Of a stretch of DNA of 64,000 nucleotides, positions 25,153-40,577 are shown piece by piece (the stretch's first letter is position 1; each line of letters starts with the position of its first letter). The stretch is from Eledone cirrhosa (lineage: Eukaryota): the NCBI GenBank assembly GCA_964016885.1, contig OZ024743.1, positions 323,950,001 to 324,014,000 of the forward strand. The letters are read 5' to 3'. The notes beneath the pieces were generated by a model. The model saw only the letters and a program-made list of their open reading frames with translations, was not told where the DNA came from and ran no database searches. The position numbers were made by a program, and so were the translations under genes.

Positions 25153-25480
25153 CTACCTGGAGTTGCGACCGATAGATAGTACTAGCAATTGGAAAGACCA
25201 ACGGAAACATTGTTTCCTCGGTCTGATTTGACGAAAGTCGATCGTTCCTATATATATGTATATATACAGATCTGACTGATCAGCCAATCTGTTAATATGC
25301 AAATCAGGCGAATCAGTCACTATATATTTTTGAAAATAGCATATATTTCCACTAGCTCTGATAGTTGGCAGGTGAACAGTGAGCTGTACTGATGAAGGGT
25401 GATACCCAGAAACATTAGTGTCTGCAATTCTGTTTACTTGCCAACACAAGAGCAAGAATGAGGGGCTCATTCTACTGACA
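25153..25480 (+). mobile_element. Structured monomer with a degenerate hammerhead (retrozyme-like or PLE-tail-like)
   Basis: CTGATGA-A-GGGT gat ACCC-A-GAAAC at 25389-25413, enclosed by GTTGGCAGGTGAACAG / CTGTTTACTTGCCAAC (16 bp, 2 G-U). Confidence 0.5.
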
Positions 25481-25629
25481 TGGCTTTAAAAATGAGGTTT
25501 GTTTGCATAATTGCAAACGAATCGAATGCTACTATTAATATTTGAAAAACTCAGATTACATTTATATATATATATGTATACAGTCCTTACCAAGCCCTCT
25601 TTGGATTTTGGTCTTCATAATTATTATTA

Positions 25630-25631
25630 CT

Positions 25632-25662
<31 letters not shown>

Positions 25663-26493
25663 CACATATGTATATACATATATATATATATATATACACA
25701 CATATGTATATACATATATATATACACATATGTATATACATATATATATATATACACATATGTATATACATATATATATATACACATATATACATATGTA
25801 TATATACACATATATACATATGTATATATACACATATGTATATACATATATATATACACATATATATATACATATATATATATACACATATATATATACA
25901 TATATATATATACATATATATATATACATATATATATATATACATATATATATATACACATATATATATACATATATATATATACACATATATATATACA
26001 TATATATATATACACATATATATATACATATATACATATATATATATACACATATATACATATGTATATATACACATATGTATATACATATATGTATATA
26101 CATATATATATATACACATATGTATATACATATATATATATACACATATATATATATACATATATATATATACATATATATATATACACATATGTATATA
26201 CATATATATATATATACAAATATATATATACATATATATATATACACATATGTATATACATATATATATATATACAAATATATATATACATATATATATA
26301 TACACATATGTATATACATATATATATATATACAAATATATATACATATGTATATACATATATATACAAATATATATACATATGTATATACATATATATA
26401 CAAATATATATACATATGTATATACATATATATATATATACAAATATATATACATATATATATACATATATATACAAATATATATACATATAT

Positions 26494-26530
<37 letters not shown>
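25630..26530. repeat. TA/CA compound microsatellite
   Basis: Direct inspection. Confidence 0.95.
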
Positions 26531-26534
<4 letters not shown>

Positions 26535-26821
26535 CAAATAACGAAACGAAATTAAATTTCGTTTCGTTTGTAACTCACTTTTGTACGACTGACGCTTAAA
26601 CAATTAAGTTAAAAGTGTACATACACATATGTATACTGAAATACTAGTATGTATATAAATACACACACGTATACATATGTATATTTACCTAGTTTTTCAC
26701 TGGACACTTTACTGTGAGTGTCTAGCTAGTCTGTATGTAACCAAACAGACAAACCGGTTTTTAGAGTCATACTGGTTTTCAAGGAAACACCTTTCCTCTA
26801 TTCTCCAGAGAGCCAGACAGG

Positions 26822-26866
26822 AATATTGGACTAGTTTCGATGTTATTACATCTCATCAGCAATATT
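26822..26866 (-). ncRNA. Canonical type I hammerhead ribozyme
   Basis: AATATTG-CTGATGA-GATGT aata ACATC-GAA-AC ta GT-C-CAATATT: all core nucleotides, perfect stems, GUC triplet. Confidence 0.92.
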
Positions 26867-27286
26867 TACGCATCCTCCGGCCTCTCTAGAGAATCATAAA
26901 AGCACATATCGTTATATGCTTTTTCTATGAAAATTAGTAGTGGGTAGACCAATTTGCATAGAACGTGAGTATGCACCGGTTCAGCGGAAACGATAAAAAC
27001 AAGTAACGAAACGAAATTAAATTTCGTTTCGTTTGAAACTCACTTTTGTACGACTGACGCTTAAACAATTAAGTTAAAAGTGTACATACACATATGTATA
27101 CTGAAATACTAGTATGTATATAAATACACACACGTATACATATGTATATGTACCGAGTTTTTCACTGGACACTTTACTGTGAGTGTCTAGCTAGTCTGTA
27201 TGTAACCAAACAGACAAACCGGTTTTTAGAGTCATACTGGTTTTCAAGGAAACACCTTTCCTCTATTCTCCAGAGAGCCAGACAGG

Positions 27287-27331
27287 AATATTGGACTAGT
27301 TTCGATGTTATTACATCTCATCAGCAATATT
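27287..27331 (-). ncRNA. Canonical type I hammerhead ribozyme (second unit)
   Basis: Identical to 26822-26866, offset 465 bp. Confidence 0.92.
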
Positions 27332-27748
27332 TACCCATCCTCCGGCCTCTCTAGAGAATCATAAAAGCACATATCGTTATATGCTTTTTCTATGAAAATT
27401 AGTAGTGGGTAGACCAATTTGCATAGAACGTGAGTATGCACCGGTTCAGCGGAAACGATAAAAACAAATAACGAAACGAAATTAAATTTCGTTTCGTTTG
27501 TAACTCACTTTTGTATGACTGACGCTTAAACAATTAAGTTAAAAGTGTACATACACTGTACCGAGTTTTTCACTGGACACTTTACTGTGAGTGTCTAGCT
27601 AGTCTGTATGTAACCAAACAGACAAACCGGTTTTTTACTCACAGTAAAGTGTCCAGTGAAAAACTCGGTACATATACATATGTATACGTGTGTGTATTTA
27701 TATACATACTAGTATTTCAGTATACATATGTGTATGTACACTTTTAAC

Positions 27749-27801
<53 letters not shown>

Positions 27802-27817
27802 CATATATATATACATA

Positions 27818-28127
27818 TAACTTTGAATAACTTTGAAATGTTTTGGCCAGTATTGGCCCAGGCCATGTCTAACTTAATAGCACCACCTGGCGAAGTCTTT
27901 CAATTCAGGATTTGGGCACCATGGCCCATTTGAGAAGAGAATTACTGTTTGCGGAGACATATCCGGGTGTGGGTGGTTTGTCCGGGATTACTTGGAGGAA
28001 TTTGTCCAAAGACTTCTTGAATTTTGTGTGGTCAGTTTCTGTTTTGACGTGTCCTGGTGTGATGTTGAAGAGAGCAGGGCCGATTGAGGTGAAATAATTG
28101 TGCCGTATTGTTGTTATGAGTTGCGAT

Positions 28128-28128
<1 letters not shown>
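27818..28128 (-). mobile_element. CR1-like LINE 3' fragment
   Basis: Translates ...[20 protein letters not shown]...FKKSLDKFLQVIPDKPPTPGYVSANSNSLLKW; homologous to the C-terminus of the 51260 ORF; TTCAAAGTTA repeat tail. Confidence 0.75.
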
Positions 28129-28794
<666 letters not shown>

Positions 28795-28800
<6 letters not shown>

Positions 28801-31800
28801 GAATATAGACATAGAATATTCGAAAATATTCTGTATGTTTATAATAAACATTTTGAAGACCTAATCGCTATAGAATAGAATACGTCACGTATTACAATTA
28901 GATTCTCGATAAAAGCAAGGGAAGTAATCTACGCGTTTCATTCTTGTTAGAAATCATCAGGACTACATATCCAGTGCTTTTATCGAGAATGACACAGCTA
29001 GAGACTTATAGAATACTTAGCTGTGTACAGGAACTGGTTTGAAAGAGCGGTTGCCGGTCCGGCAGAAATTAGAAATTGGAATAAATGCTCTGAAATAGCG
29101 ATATATATGTGAATATAGACATAGAATATTCGAAAATATTCTGTATGTTTATAATAAACATTTTGAAGACCTAATCGCTATAGAATAGAATACGTCACGT
29201 ATTACAATTAGATTCTCGATAAAAGCAAGGGAAGTAATCTACGCGTTTCATTCTTGTTAGAAATCATCAGGACTACATATCCAGTGCTTTTATCGAGAAT
29301 GACACAGCTAGAGACTTATAGAATACTTAGCTGTGTACAGGAACTGGTTTGAAAGAGCGGTTGCCGGTCCGGCAGAAATTAGAAATTGGAATAAATGCTC
29401 TGAAATAGCGATATATATGTGAATATAGACATAGAATATTCGAAAATATTCTGTATGTTTATAATAAACATTTTGAAGACCTAATCGCTATAGAATAGAA
29501 TACGTCACGTATTACAATTAGATTCTCGATAAAAGCAAGGGAAGTAATCTACGCGTTTCATTCTTGTTAGAAATCATCAGGACTACATATCCAGTGCTTT
29601 TATCGAGAATGACACAGCTAGAGACTTATAGAATACTTAGCTGTGTACAGGAACTGGTTTGAAAGAGCGGTTGCCGGTCCGGCAGAAATTAGAAATTGGA
29701 ATAAATGCTCTGAAATAGCGATATATATGTGAATATAGACATAGAATATTCGAAAATATTCTGTATGTTTATAATAAACATTTTGAAGACCTAATCGCTA
29801 TAGAATAGAATACGTCACGTATTACAATTAGATTCTCGATAAAAGCAAGGGAAGTAATCTACGCGTTTCATTCTTGTTAGAAATCATCAGGACTACATAT
29901 CCAGTGCTTTTATCGAGAATGACACAGCTAGAGACTTATAGAATACTTAGCTGTGTACAGGAACTGGTTTGAAAGAGCGGTTGCCGGTCCGGCAGAAATT
30001 AGAAATTGGAATAAATGCTCTGAAATAGCGATATATATGTGAATATAGACATAGAATATTCGAAAATATTCTGTATGTTTATAATAAACATTTTGAAGAC
30101 CTAATCGCTATAGAATAGAATACGTCACGTATTACAATTAGATTCTCGATAAAAGCAAGGGAAGTAATCTACGCGTTTCATTCTTGTTAGAAATCATCAG
30201 GACTACATATCCAGTGCTTTTATCGAGAATGACACAGCTAGAGACTTATAGAATACTTAGCTGTGTACAGGAACTGGTTTGAAAGAGCGGTTGCCGGTCC
30301 GGCAGAAATTAGAAATTGGAATAAATGCTCTGAAATAGCGATATATATGTGAATATAGACATAGAATATTCGAAAATATTCTGTATGTTTATAATAAACA
30401 TTTTGAAGACCTAATCGCTATAGAATAGAATACGTCACGTATTACAATTAGATTCTCGATAAAAGCAAGGGAAGTAATCTACGCGTTTCATTCTTGTTAG
30501 AAATCATCAGGACTACATATCCAGTGCTTTTATCGAGAATGACACAGCTAGAGACTTATAGAATACTTAGCTGTGTACAGGAACTGGTTTGAAAGAGCGG
30601 TTGCCGGTCCGGCAGAAATTAGAAATTGGAATAAATGCTCTGAAATAGCGATATATATGTGAATATAGACATAGAATATTCGAAAATATTCTGTATGTTT
30701 ATAATAAACATTTTGAAGACCTAATCGCTATAGAATAGAATACGTCACGTATTACAATTAGATTCTCGATAAAAGCAAGGGAAGTAATCTACGCGTTTCA
30801 TTCTTGTTAGAAATCATCAGGACTACATATCCAGTGCTTTTATCGAGAATGACACAGCTAGAGACTTATAGAATACTTAGCTGTGTACAGGAACTGGTTT
30901 GAAAGAGCGGTTGCCGGTCCGGCAGAAATTAGAAATTGGAATAAATGCTCTGAAATAGCGATATATATGTGAATATAGACATAGAATATTCGAAAATATT
31001 CTGTATGTTTATAATAAACATTTTGAAGACCTAATCGCTATAGAATAGAATACGTCACGTATTACAATTAGATTCTCGATAAAAGCAAGGGAAGTAATCT
31101 ACGCGTTTCATTCTTGTTAGAAATCATCAGGACTACATATCCAGTGCTTTTATCGAGAATGACACAGCTAGAGACTTATAGAATACTTAGCTGTGTACAG
31201 GAACTGGTTTGAAAGAGCGGTTGCCGGTCCGGCAGAAATTAGAAATTGGAATAAATGCTCTGAAATAGCGATATATATGTGAATATAGACATAGAATATT
31301 CGAAAATATTCTGTATGTTTATAATAAACATTTTGAAGACCTAATCGCTATAGAATAGAATACGTCACGTATTACAATTAGATTCTCGATAAAAGCAAGG
31401 GAAGTAATCTACGCGTTTCATTCTTGTTAGAAATCATCAGGACTACATATCCAGTGCTTTTATCGAGAATGACACAGCTAGAGACTTATAGAATACTTAG
31501 CTGTGTACAGGAACTGGTTTGAAAGAGCGGTTGCCGGTCCGGCAGAAATTAGAAATTGGAATAAATGCTCTGAAATAGCGATATATATGTGAATATAGAC
31601 ATAGAATATTCGAAAATATTCTGTATGTTTATAATAAACATTTTGAAGACCTAATCGCTATAGAATAGAATACGTCACGTATTACAATTAGATTCTCGAT
31701 AAAAGCAAGGGAAGTAATCTACGCGTTTCATTCTTGTTAGAAATCATCAGGACTACATATCCAGTGCTTTTATCGAGAATGACACAGCTAGAGACTTATA

Positions 31801-34800
31801 GAATACTTAGCTGTGTACAGGAACTGGTTTGAAAGAGCGGTTGCCGGTCCGGCAGAAATTAGAAATTGGAATAAATGCTCTGAAATAGCGATATATATGT
31901 GAATATAGACATAGAATATTCGAAAATATTCTGTATGTTTATAATAAACATTTTGAAGACCTAATCGCTATAGAATAGAATACGTCACGTATTACAATTA
32001 GATTCTCGATAAAAGCAAGGGAAGTAATCTACGCGTTTCATTCTTGTTAGAAATCATCAGGACTACATATCCAGTGCTTTTATCGAGAATGACACAGCTA
32101 GAGACTTATAGAATACTTAGCTGTGTACAGGAACTGGTTTGAAAGAGCGGTTGCCGGTCCGGCAGAAATTAGAAATTGGAATAAATGCTCTGAAATAGCG
32201 ATATATATGTGAATATAGACATAGAATATTCGAAAATATTCTGTATGTTTATAATAAACATTTTGAAGACCTAATCGCTATAGAATAGAATACGTCACGT
32301 ATTACAATTAGATTCTCGATAAAAGCAAGGGAAGTAATCTACGCGTTTCATTCTTGTTAGAAATCATCAGGACTACATATCCAGTGCTTTTATCGAGAAT
32401 GACACAGCTAGAGACTTATAGAATACTTAGCTGTGTACAGGAACTGGTTTGAAAGAGCGGTTGCCGGTCCGGCAGAAATTAGAAATTGGAATAAATGCTC
32501 TGAAATAGCGATATATATGTGAATATAGACATAGAATATTCGAAAATATTCTGTATGTTTATAATAAACATTTTGAAGACCTAATCGCTATAGAATAGAA
32601 TACGTCACGTATTACAATTAGATTCTCGATAAAAGCAAGGGAAGTAATCTACGCGTTTCATTCTTGTTAGAAATCATCAGGACTACATATCCAGTGCTTT
32701 TATCGAGAATGACACAGCTAGAGACTTATAGAATACTTAGCTGTGTACAGGAACTGGTTTGAAAGAGCGGTTGCCGGTCCGGCAGAAATTAGAAATTGGA
32801 ATAAATGCTCTGAAATAGCGATATATATGTGAATATAGACATAGAATATTCGAAAATATTCTGTATGTTTATAATAAACATTTTGAAGACCTAATCGCTA
32901 TAGAATAGAATACGTCACGTATTACAATTAGATTCTCGATAAAAGCAAGGGAAGTAATCTACGCGTTTCATTCTTGTTAGAAATCATCAGGACTACATAT
33001 CCAGTGCTTTTATCGAGAATGACACAGCTAGAGACTTATAGAATACTTAGCTGTGTACAGGAACTGGTTTGAAAGAGCGGTTGCCGGTCCGGCAGAAATT
33101 AGAAATTGGAATAAATGCTCTGAAATAGCGATATATATGTGAATATAGACATAGAATATTCGAAAATATTCTGTATGTTTATAATAAACATTTTGAAGAC
33201 CTAATCGCTATAGAATAGAATACGTCACGTATTACAATTAGATTCTCGATAAAAGCAAGGGAAGTAATCTACGCGTTTCATTCTTGTTAGAAATCATCAG
33301 GACTACATATCCAGTGCTTTTATCGAGAATGACACAGCTAGAGACTTATAGAATACTTAGCTGTGTACAGGAACTGGTTTGAAAGAGCGGTTGCCGGTCC
33401 GGCAGAAATTAGAAATTGGAATAAATGCTCTGAAATAGCGATATATATGTGAATATAGACATAGAATATTCGAAAATATTCTGTATGTTTATAATAAACA
33501 TTTTGAAGACCTAATCGCTATAGAATAGAATACGTCACGTATTACAATTAGATTCTCGATAAAAGCAAGGGAAGTAATCTACGCGTTTCATTCTTGTTAG
33601 AAATCATCAGGACTACATATCCAGTGCTTTTATCGAGAATGACACAGCTAGAGACTTATAGAATACTTAGCTGTGTACAGGAACTGGTTTGAAAGAGCGG
33701 TTGCCGGTCCGGCAGAAATTAGAAATTGGAATAAATGCTCTGAAATAGCGATATATATGTGAATATAGACATAGAATATTCGAAAATATTCTGTATGTTT
33801 ATAATAAACATTTTGAAGACCTAATCGCTATAGAATAGAATACGTCACGTATTACAATTAGATTCTCGATAAAAGCAAGGGAAGTAATCTACGCGTTTCA
33901 TTCTTGTTAGAAATCATCAGGACTACATATCCAGTGCTTTTATCGAGAATGACACAGCTAGAGACTTATAGAATACTTAGCTGTGTACAGGAACTGGTTT
34001 GAAAGAGCGGTTGCCGGTCCGGCAGAAATTAGAAATTGGAATAAATGCTCTGAAATAGCGATATATATGTGAATATAGACATAGAATATTCGAAAATATT
34101 CTGTATGTTTATAATAAACATTTTGAAGACCTAATCGCTATAGAATAGAATACGTCACGTATTACAATTAGATTCTCGATAAAAGCAAGGGAAGTAATCT
34201 ACGCGTTTCATTCTTGTTAGAAATCATCAGGACTACATATCCAGTGCTTTTATCGAGAATGACACAGCTAGAGACTTATAGAATACTTAGCTGTGTACAG
34301 GAACTGGTTTGAAAGAGCGGTTGCCGGTCCGGCAGAAATTAGAAATTGGAATAAATGCTCTGAAATAGCGATATATATGTGAATATAGACATAGAATATT
34401 CGAAAATATTCTGTATGTTTATAATAAACATTTTGAAGACCTAATCGCTATAGAATAGAATACGTCACGTATTACAATTAGATTCTCGATAAAAGCAAGG
34501 GAAGTAATCTACGCGTTTCATTCTTGTTAGAAATCATCAGGACTACATATCCAGTGCTTTTATCGAGAATGACACAGCTAGAGACTTATAGAATACTTAG
34601 CTGTGTACAGGAACTGGTTTGAAAGAGCGGTTGCCGGTCCGGCAGAAATTAGAAATTGGAATAAATGCTCTGAAATAGCGATATATATGTGAATATAGAC
34701 ATAGAATATTCGAAAATATTCTGTATGTTTATAATAAACATTTTGAAGACCTAATCGCTATAGAATAGAATACGTCACGTATTACAATTAGATTCTCGAT

Positions 34801-36971
34801 AAAAGCAAGGGAAGTAATCTACGCGTTTCATTCTTGTTAGAAATCATCAGGACTACATATCCAGTGCTTTTATCGAGAATGACACAGCTAGAGACTTATA
34901 GAATACTTAGCTGTGTACAGGAACTGGTTTGAAAGAGCGGTTGCCGGTCCGGCAGAAATTAGAAATTGGAATAAATGCTCTGAAATAGCGATATATATGT
35001 GAATATAGACATAGAATATTCGAAAATATTCTGTATGTTTATAATAAACATTTTGAAGACCTAATCGCTATAGAATAGAATACGTCACGTATTACAATTA
35101 GATTCTCGATAAAAGCAAGGGAAGTAATCTACGCGTTTCATTCTTGTTAGAAATCATCAGGACTACATATCCAGTGCTTTTATCGAGAATGACACAGCTA
35201 GAGACTTATAGAATACTTAGCTGTGTACAGGAACTGGTTTGAAAGAGCGGTTGCCGGTCCGGCAGAAATTAGAAATTGGAATAAATGCTCTGAAATAGCG
35301 ATATATATGTGAATATAGACATAGAATATTCGAAAATATTCTGTATGTTTATAATAAACATTTTGAAGACCTAATCGCTATAGAATAGAATACGTCACGT
35401 ATTACAATTAGATTCTCGATAAAAGCAAGGGAAGTAATCTACGCGTTTCATTCTTGTTAGAAATCATCAGGACTACATATCCAGTGCTTTTATCGAGAAT
35501 GACACAGCTAGAGACTTATAGAATACTTAGCTGTGTACAGGAACTGGTTTGAAAGAGCGGTTGCCGGTCCGGCAGAAATTAGAAATTGGAATAAATGCTC
35601 TGAAATAGCGATATATATGTGAATATAGACATAGAATATTCGAAAATATTCTGTATGTTTATAATAAACATTTTGAAGACCTAATCGCTATAGAATAGAA
35701 TACGTCACGTATTACAATTAGATTCTCGATAAAAGCAAGGGAAGTAATCTACGCGTTTCATTCTTGTTAGAAATCATCAGGACTACATATCCAGTGCTTT
35801 TATCGAGAATGACACAGCTAGAGACTTATAGAATACTTAGCTGTGTACAGGAACTGGTTTGAAAGAGCGGTTGCCGGTCCGGCAGAAATTAGAAATTGGA
35901 ATAAATGCTCTGAAATAGCGATATATATGTGAATATAGACATAGAATATTCGAAAATATTCTGTATGTTTATAATAAACATTTTGAAGACCTAATCGCTA
36001 TAGAATAGAATACGTCACGTATTACAATTAGATTCTCGATAAAAGCAAGGGAAGTAATCTACGCGTTTCATTCTTGTTAGAAATCATCAGGACTACATAT
36101 CCAGTGCTTTTATCGAGAATGACACAGCTAGAGACTTATAGAATACTTAGCTGTGTACAGGAACTGGTTTGAAAGAGCGGTTGCCGGTCCGGCAGAAATT
36201 AGAAATTGGAATAAATGCTCTGAAATAGCGATATATATGTGAATATAGACATAGAATATTCGAAAATATTCTGTATGTTTATAATAAACATTTTGAAGAC
36301 CTAATCGCTATAGAATAGAATACGTCACGTATTACAATTAGATTCTCGATAAAAGCAAGGGAAGTAATCTACGCGTTTCATTCTTGTTAGAAATCATCAG
36401 GACTACATATCCAGTGCTTTTATCGAGAATGACACAGCTAGAGACTTATAGAATACTTAGCTGTGTACAGGAACTGGTTTGAAAGAGCGGTTGCCGGTCC
36501 GGCAGAAATTAGAAATTGGAATAAATGCTCTGAAATAGCGATATATATGTGAATATAGACATAGAATATTCGAAAATATTCTGTATGTTTATAATAAACA
36601 TTTTGAAGACCTAATCGCTATAGAATAGAATACGTCACGTATTACATTTAGATTCTCGATAAAAGCAAGGGAAGTAATCTACGCGTTTCATTCTTGTTAG
36701 AAATCATCAGGACTACATATCCAGTGCTTTTATCGAGAATGACACAGCTAGAGACTTATAGAATACTTAGCTGTGTACAGGAACTGGTTTGAAAGAGCGG
36801 TTGCCGGTCCGGCAGAAATTAGAAATTGGAATAAATGCTCTGAAATAGCGATATATATGTGAATATAGACATAGAATATTCGAAAATATTCTGTATGTTT
36901 ATAATAAACATTTTGAAGACCTAATCGCTATAGAATAGAATACGTCACGTATTACAATTAGATTCTCGATA
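28795..36971 (-). mobile_element. 310-bp tandem array: 26 full units + partial, each full unit with a hammerhead (non-LTR retrozyme-like family 1)
   Basis: Exact 310-bp period from 28801; only one substitution noticed (36647); HHR at unit positions 124-166 on the minus strand. Confidence 0.9.
28924..28966 (-). ncRNA. Type I hammerhead ribozyme (first unit; repeats every 310 bp)
   Basis: GTAGTC-CTGATGA-T TTCT aaca AGAA T-GAA-AC gc GT-A-GATTAC; GUA cleavage predicted between 28930 and 28929; 16-bp stem I extension 28902-28917 / 28975-28990. Confidence 0.88.
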
Positions 36972-36973
36972 CA

Positions 36974-38242
36974 ATATCGCTATTTCAGAGCATTTATTCC
37001 AATTTCTAATTTCTGCCGGACCGGCAACCGCTCTTTCAAACCAGTTCCTGTACACAGCTAAGTATTCTATAAGTCTCTAGCTGTGTCATTCTCGATAAAA
37101 GCACTGGATATGTAGTCCTGATGATTTCTAACAAGAATGAAACGCGTAGATTACTTCCCTTGCTTTTATCGAGAATCTAATTGTAATACGTGACGTATTC
37201 TATTCTATAGCGATTAGGTCTTCAAAATGTTTATTATAAACATACAGAATATTTTCGAATATTCTATGTCTATATTCACATATATATCGCTATTTCAGAG
37301 CATTTATTCCAATTTCTAATTTCTGCCGGACCGGCAACCGCTCTTTCAAACCAGTTCCTGTACACAGCTAAGTATTCTATAAGTCTCTAGCTGTGTCATT
37401 CTCGATAAAAGCACTGGATATGTAGTCCTGATGATTTCTAACAAGAATGAAACGCGTAGATTACTTCCCTTGCTTTTATCGAGAATCTAATTGTAATACG
37501 TGACGTATTCTATTCTATAGCGATTAGGTCTTCAAAATGTTTATTATAAACATACAGAATATTTTCGAATATTCTATGTCTATATTCACATATATATCGC
37601 TATTTCAGAGCATTTATTCCAATTTCTAATTTCTGCCGGACCGGCAACCGCTCTTTCAAACCAGTTCCTGTACACAGCTAAGTATTCTATAAGTCTCTAG
37701 CTGTGTCATTCTCGATAAAAGCACTGGATATGTAGTCCTGATGATTTCTAACAAGAATGAAACGCGTAGATTACTTCCCTTGCTTTTATCGAGAATCTAA
37801 TTGTAATACGTGACGTATTCTATTCTATAGCGATTAGGTCTTCAAAATGTTTATTATAAACATACAGAATATTTTCGAATATTCTATGTCTATATTCACA
37901 TATATATCGCTATTTCAGAGCATTTATTCCAATTTCTAATTTCTGCCGGACCGGCAACCGCTCTTTCAAACCAGTTCCTGTACACAGCTAAGTATTCTAT
38001 AAGTCTCTAGCTGTGTCATTCTCGATAAAAGCACTGGATATGTAGTCCTGATGATTTCTAACAAGAATGAAACGCGTAGATTACTTCCCTTGCTTTTATC
38101 GAGAATCTAATTGTAATACGTGACGTATTCTATTCTATAGCGATTAGGTCTTCAAAATGTTTATTATAAACATACAGAATATTTTCGAATATTCTATGTC
38201 TATATTCCCATATATATCGCTATTTCAGAGCATTTATTCCAA
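36974..38242 (+). mobile_element. Inverted block of the same 310-bp repeat (4 units + short partial)
   Basis: Reverse complement of the array unit; HHRs on + at 37112, 37422, 37732 and 38042. Confidence 0.9.
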
Positions 38243-39772
<1,530 letters not shown>

Positions 39773-40410
39773 AAAAAATTGAACAGGGACAGAACAGAGA
39801 GGCAGTACGACAAATGTTTATTAGATTCACGCTCAGGAGAGTGGTGGGTAGGTGGAGGACGACGTTTCGGGCATAAGCCCTTCTTCAGGTAAGAGTTCAA
39901 AAGGTGTGTAGGGGAGTGGTGGAGAGACATATAGCGAAAGGAAACGGTGCGAATGAAAAATTAACAAATAAAGACAAAAATATAATAAATAATAAATAAA
40001 AATAAAGCATGATCAAAATACAAGGAATGAGAACATTTAAAAATAAAGGCATGATCAAAATAAACTGAAATTAAAAGGGGGGTAAACAGGTGGTGGAAGG
40101 GTGTGGGGTGAGTAGAGGTGGAGGCGGGTGGAGTGGGGAGAGGGAGACGGGGTGTCCGAGCGGGGAGGGCTGAAGGTGGTGTGTGTGGTTAGGTGTGCGT
40201 GTGTGTGTGTGTGTGTATGTGAAAGTGAGGGTTGGGGGAAGAACGGGGTTGCATGTTCAGGAAGGTGTGTGTGGGGGGTGTTTTTGTGTGTCGGAGGGTC
40301 TGTGCGTGTGTGGATAGGGGGTGGGGGGAGAGGAATCAGGGGGCTGAGGGTGTAAATATGTGGTGGGAAGCACGTGTGTGTGGTTTAAGCGTGTTGTGGG
40401 TGTGGGTGTA
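39773..40410 (-). mobile_element. PLE-type 3' UTR remnant (C/A-rich tract, hammerhead-like motif, AATAAA)
   Basis: Minus: AC-CTGAAGA-A-GGGC ttat GCCC-GAAACGTC-GT at ~39890-39858, followed by AATAAA. Confidence 0.6.
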
Positions 40411-40469
40411 TACACATATATATATGTGTGTATACACATATATATATATATATATACATATATATATAC

Positions 40470-40516
<47 letters not shown>

Positions 40517-40577
40517 CATACATATATATATACATACATATATATATACATACATATATATATACATACATATATAT

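Larger units (their letters stand above)
26530..27748 (-). mobile_element. 465-bp tandem repeat with hammerhead (non-LTR retrozyme-like family 2): 2 full units + partial + inverted segment
   Basis: Units start ~26530, 26995, 27460; inverted segment ~27637-27748; HHR in each full unit. Confidence 0.85.

Noticed and set aside
25295-25305. Octamer ATGCAAAT as an snRNA promoter element
   Set aside because: Isolated motif within a repeat-like hairpin; no snRNA downstream
26677-27354. Duplicated 70-aa ORFs
   Set aside because: Antisense to the ribozyme strand of the 465-bp repeat, start within a TA tract, and have no protein-like motif
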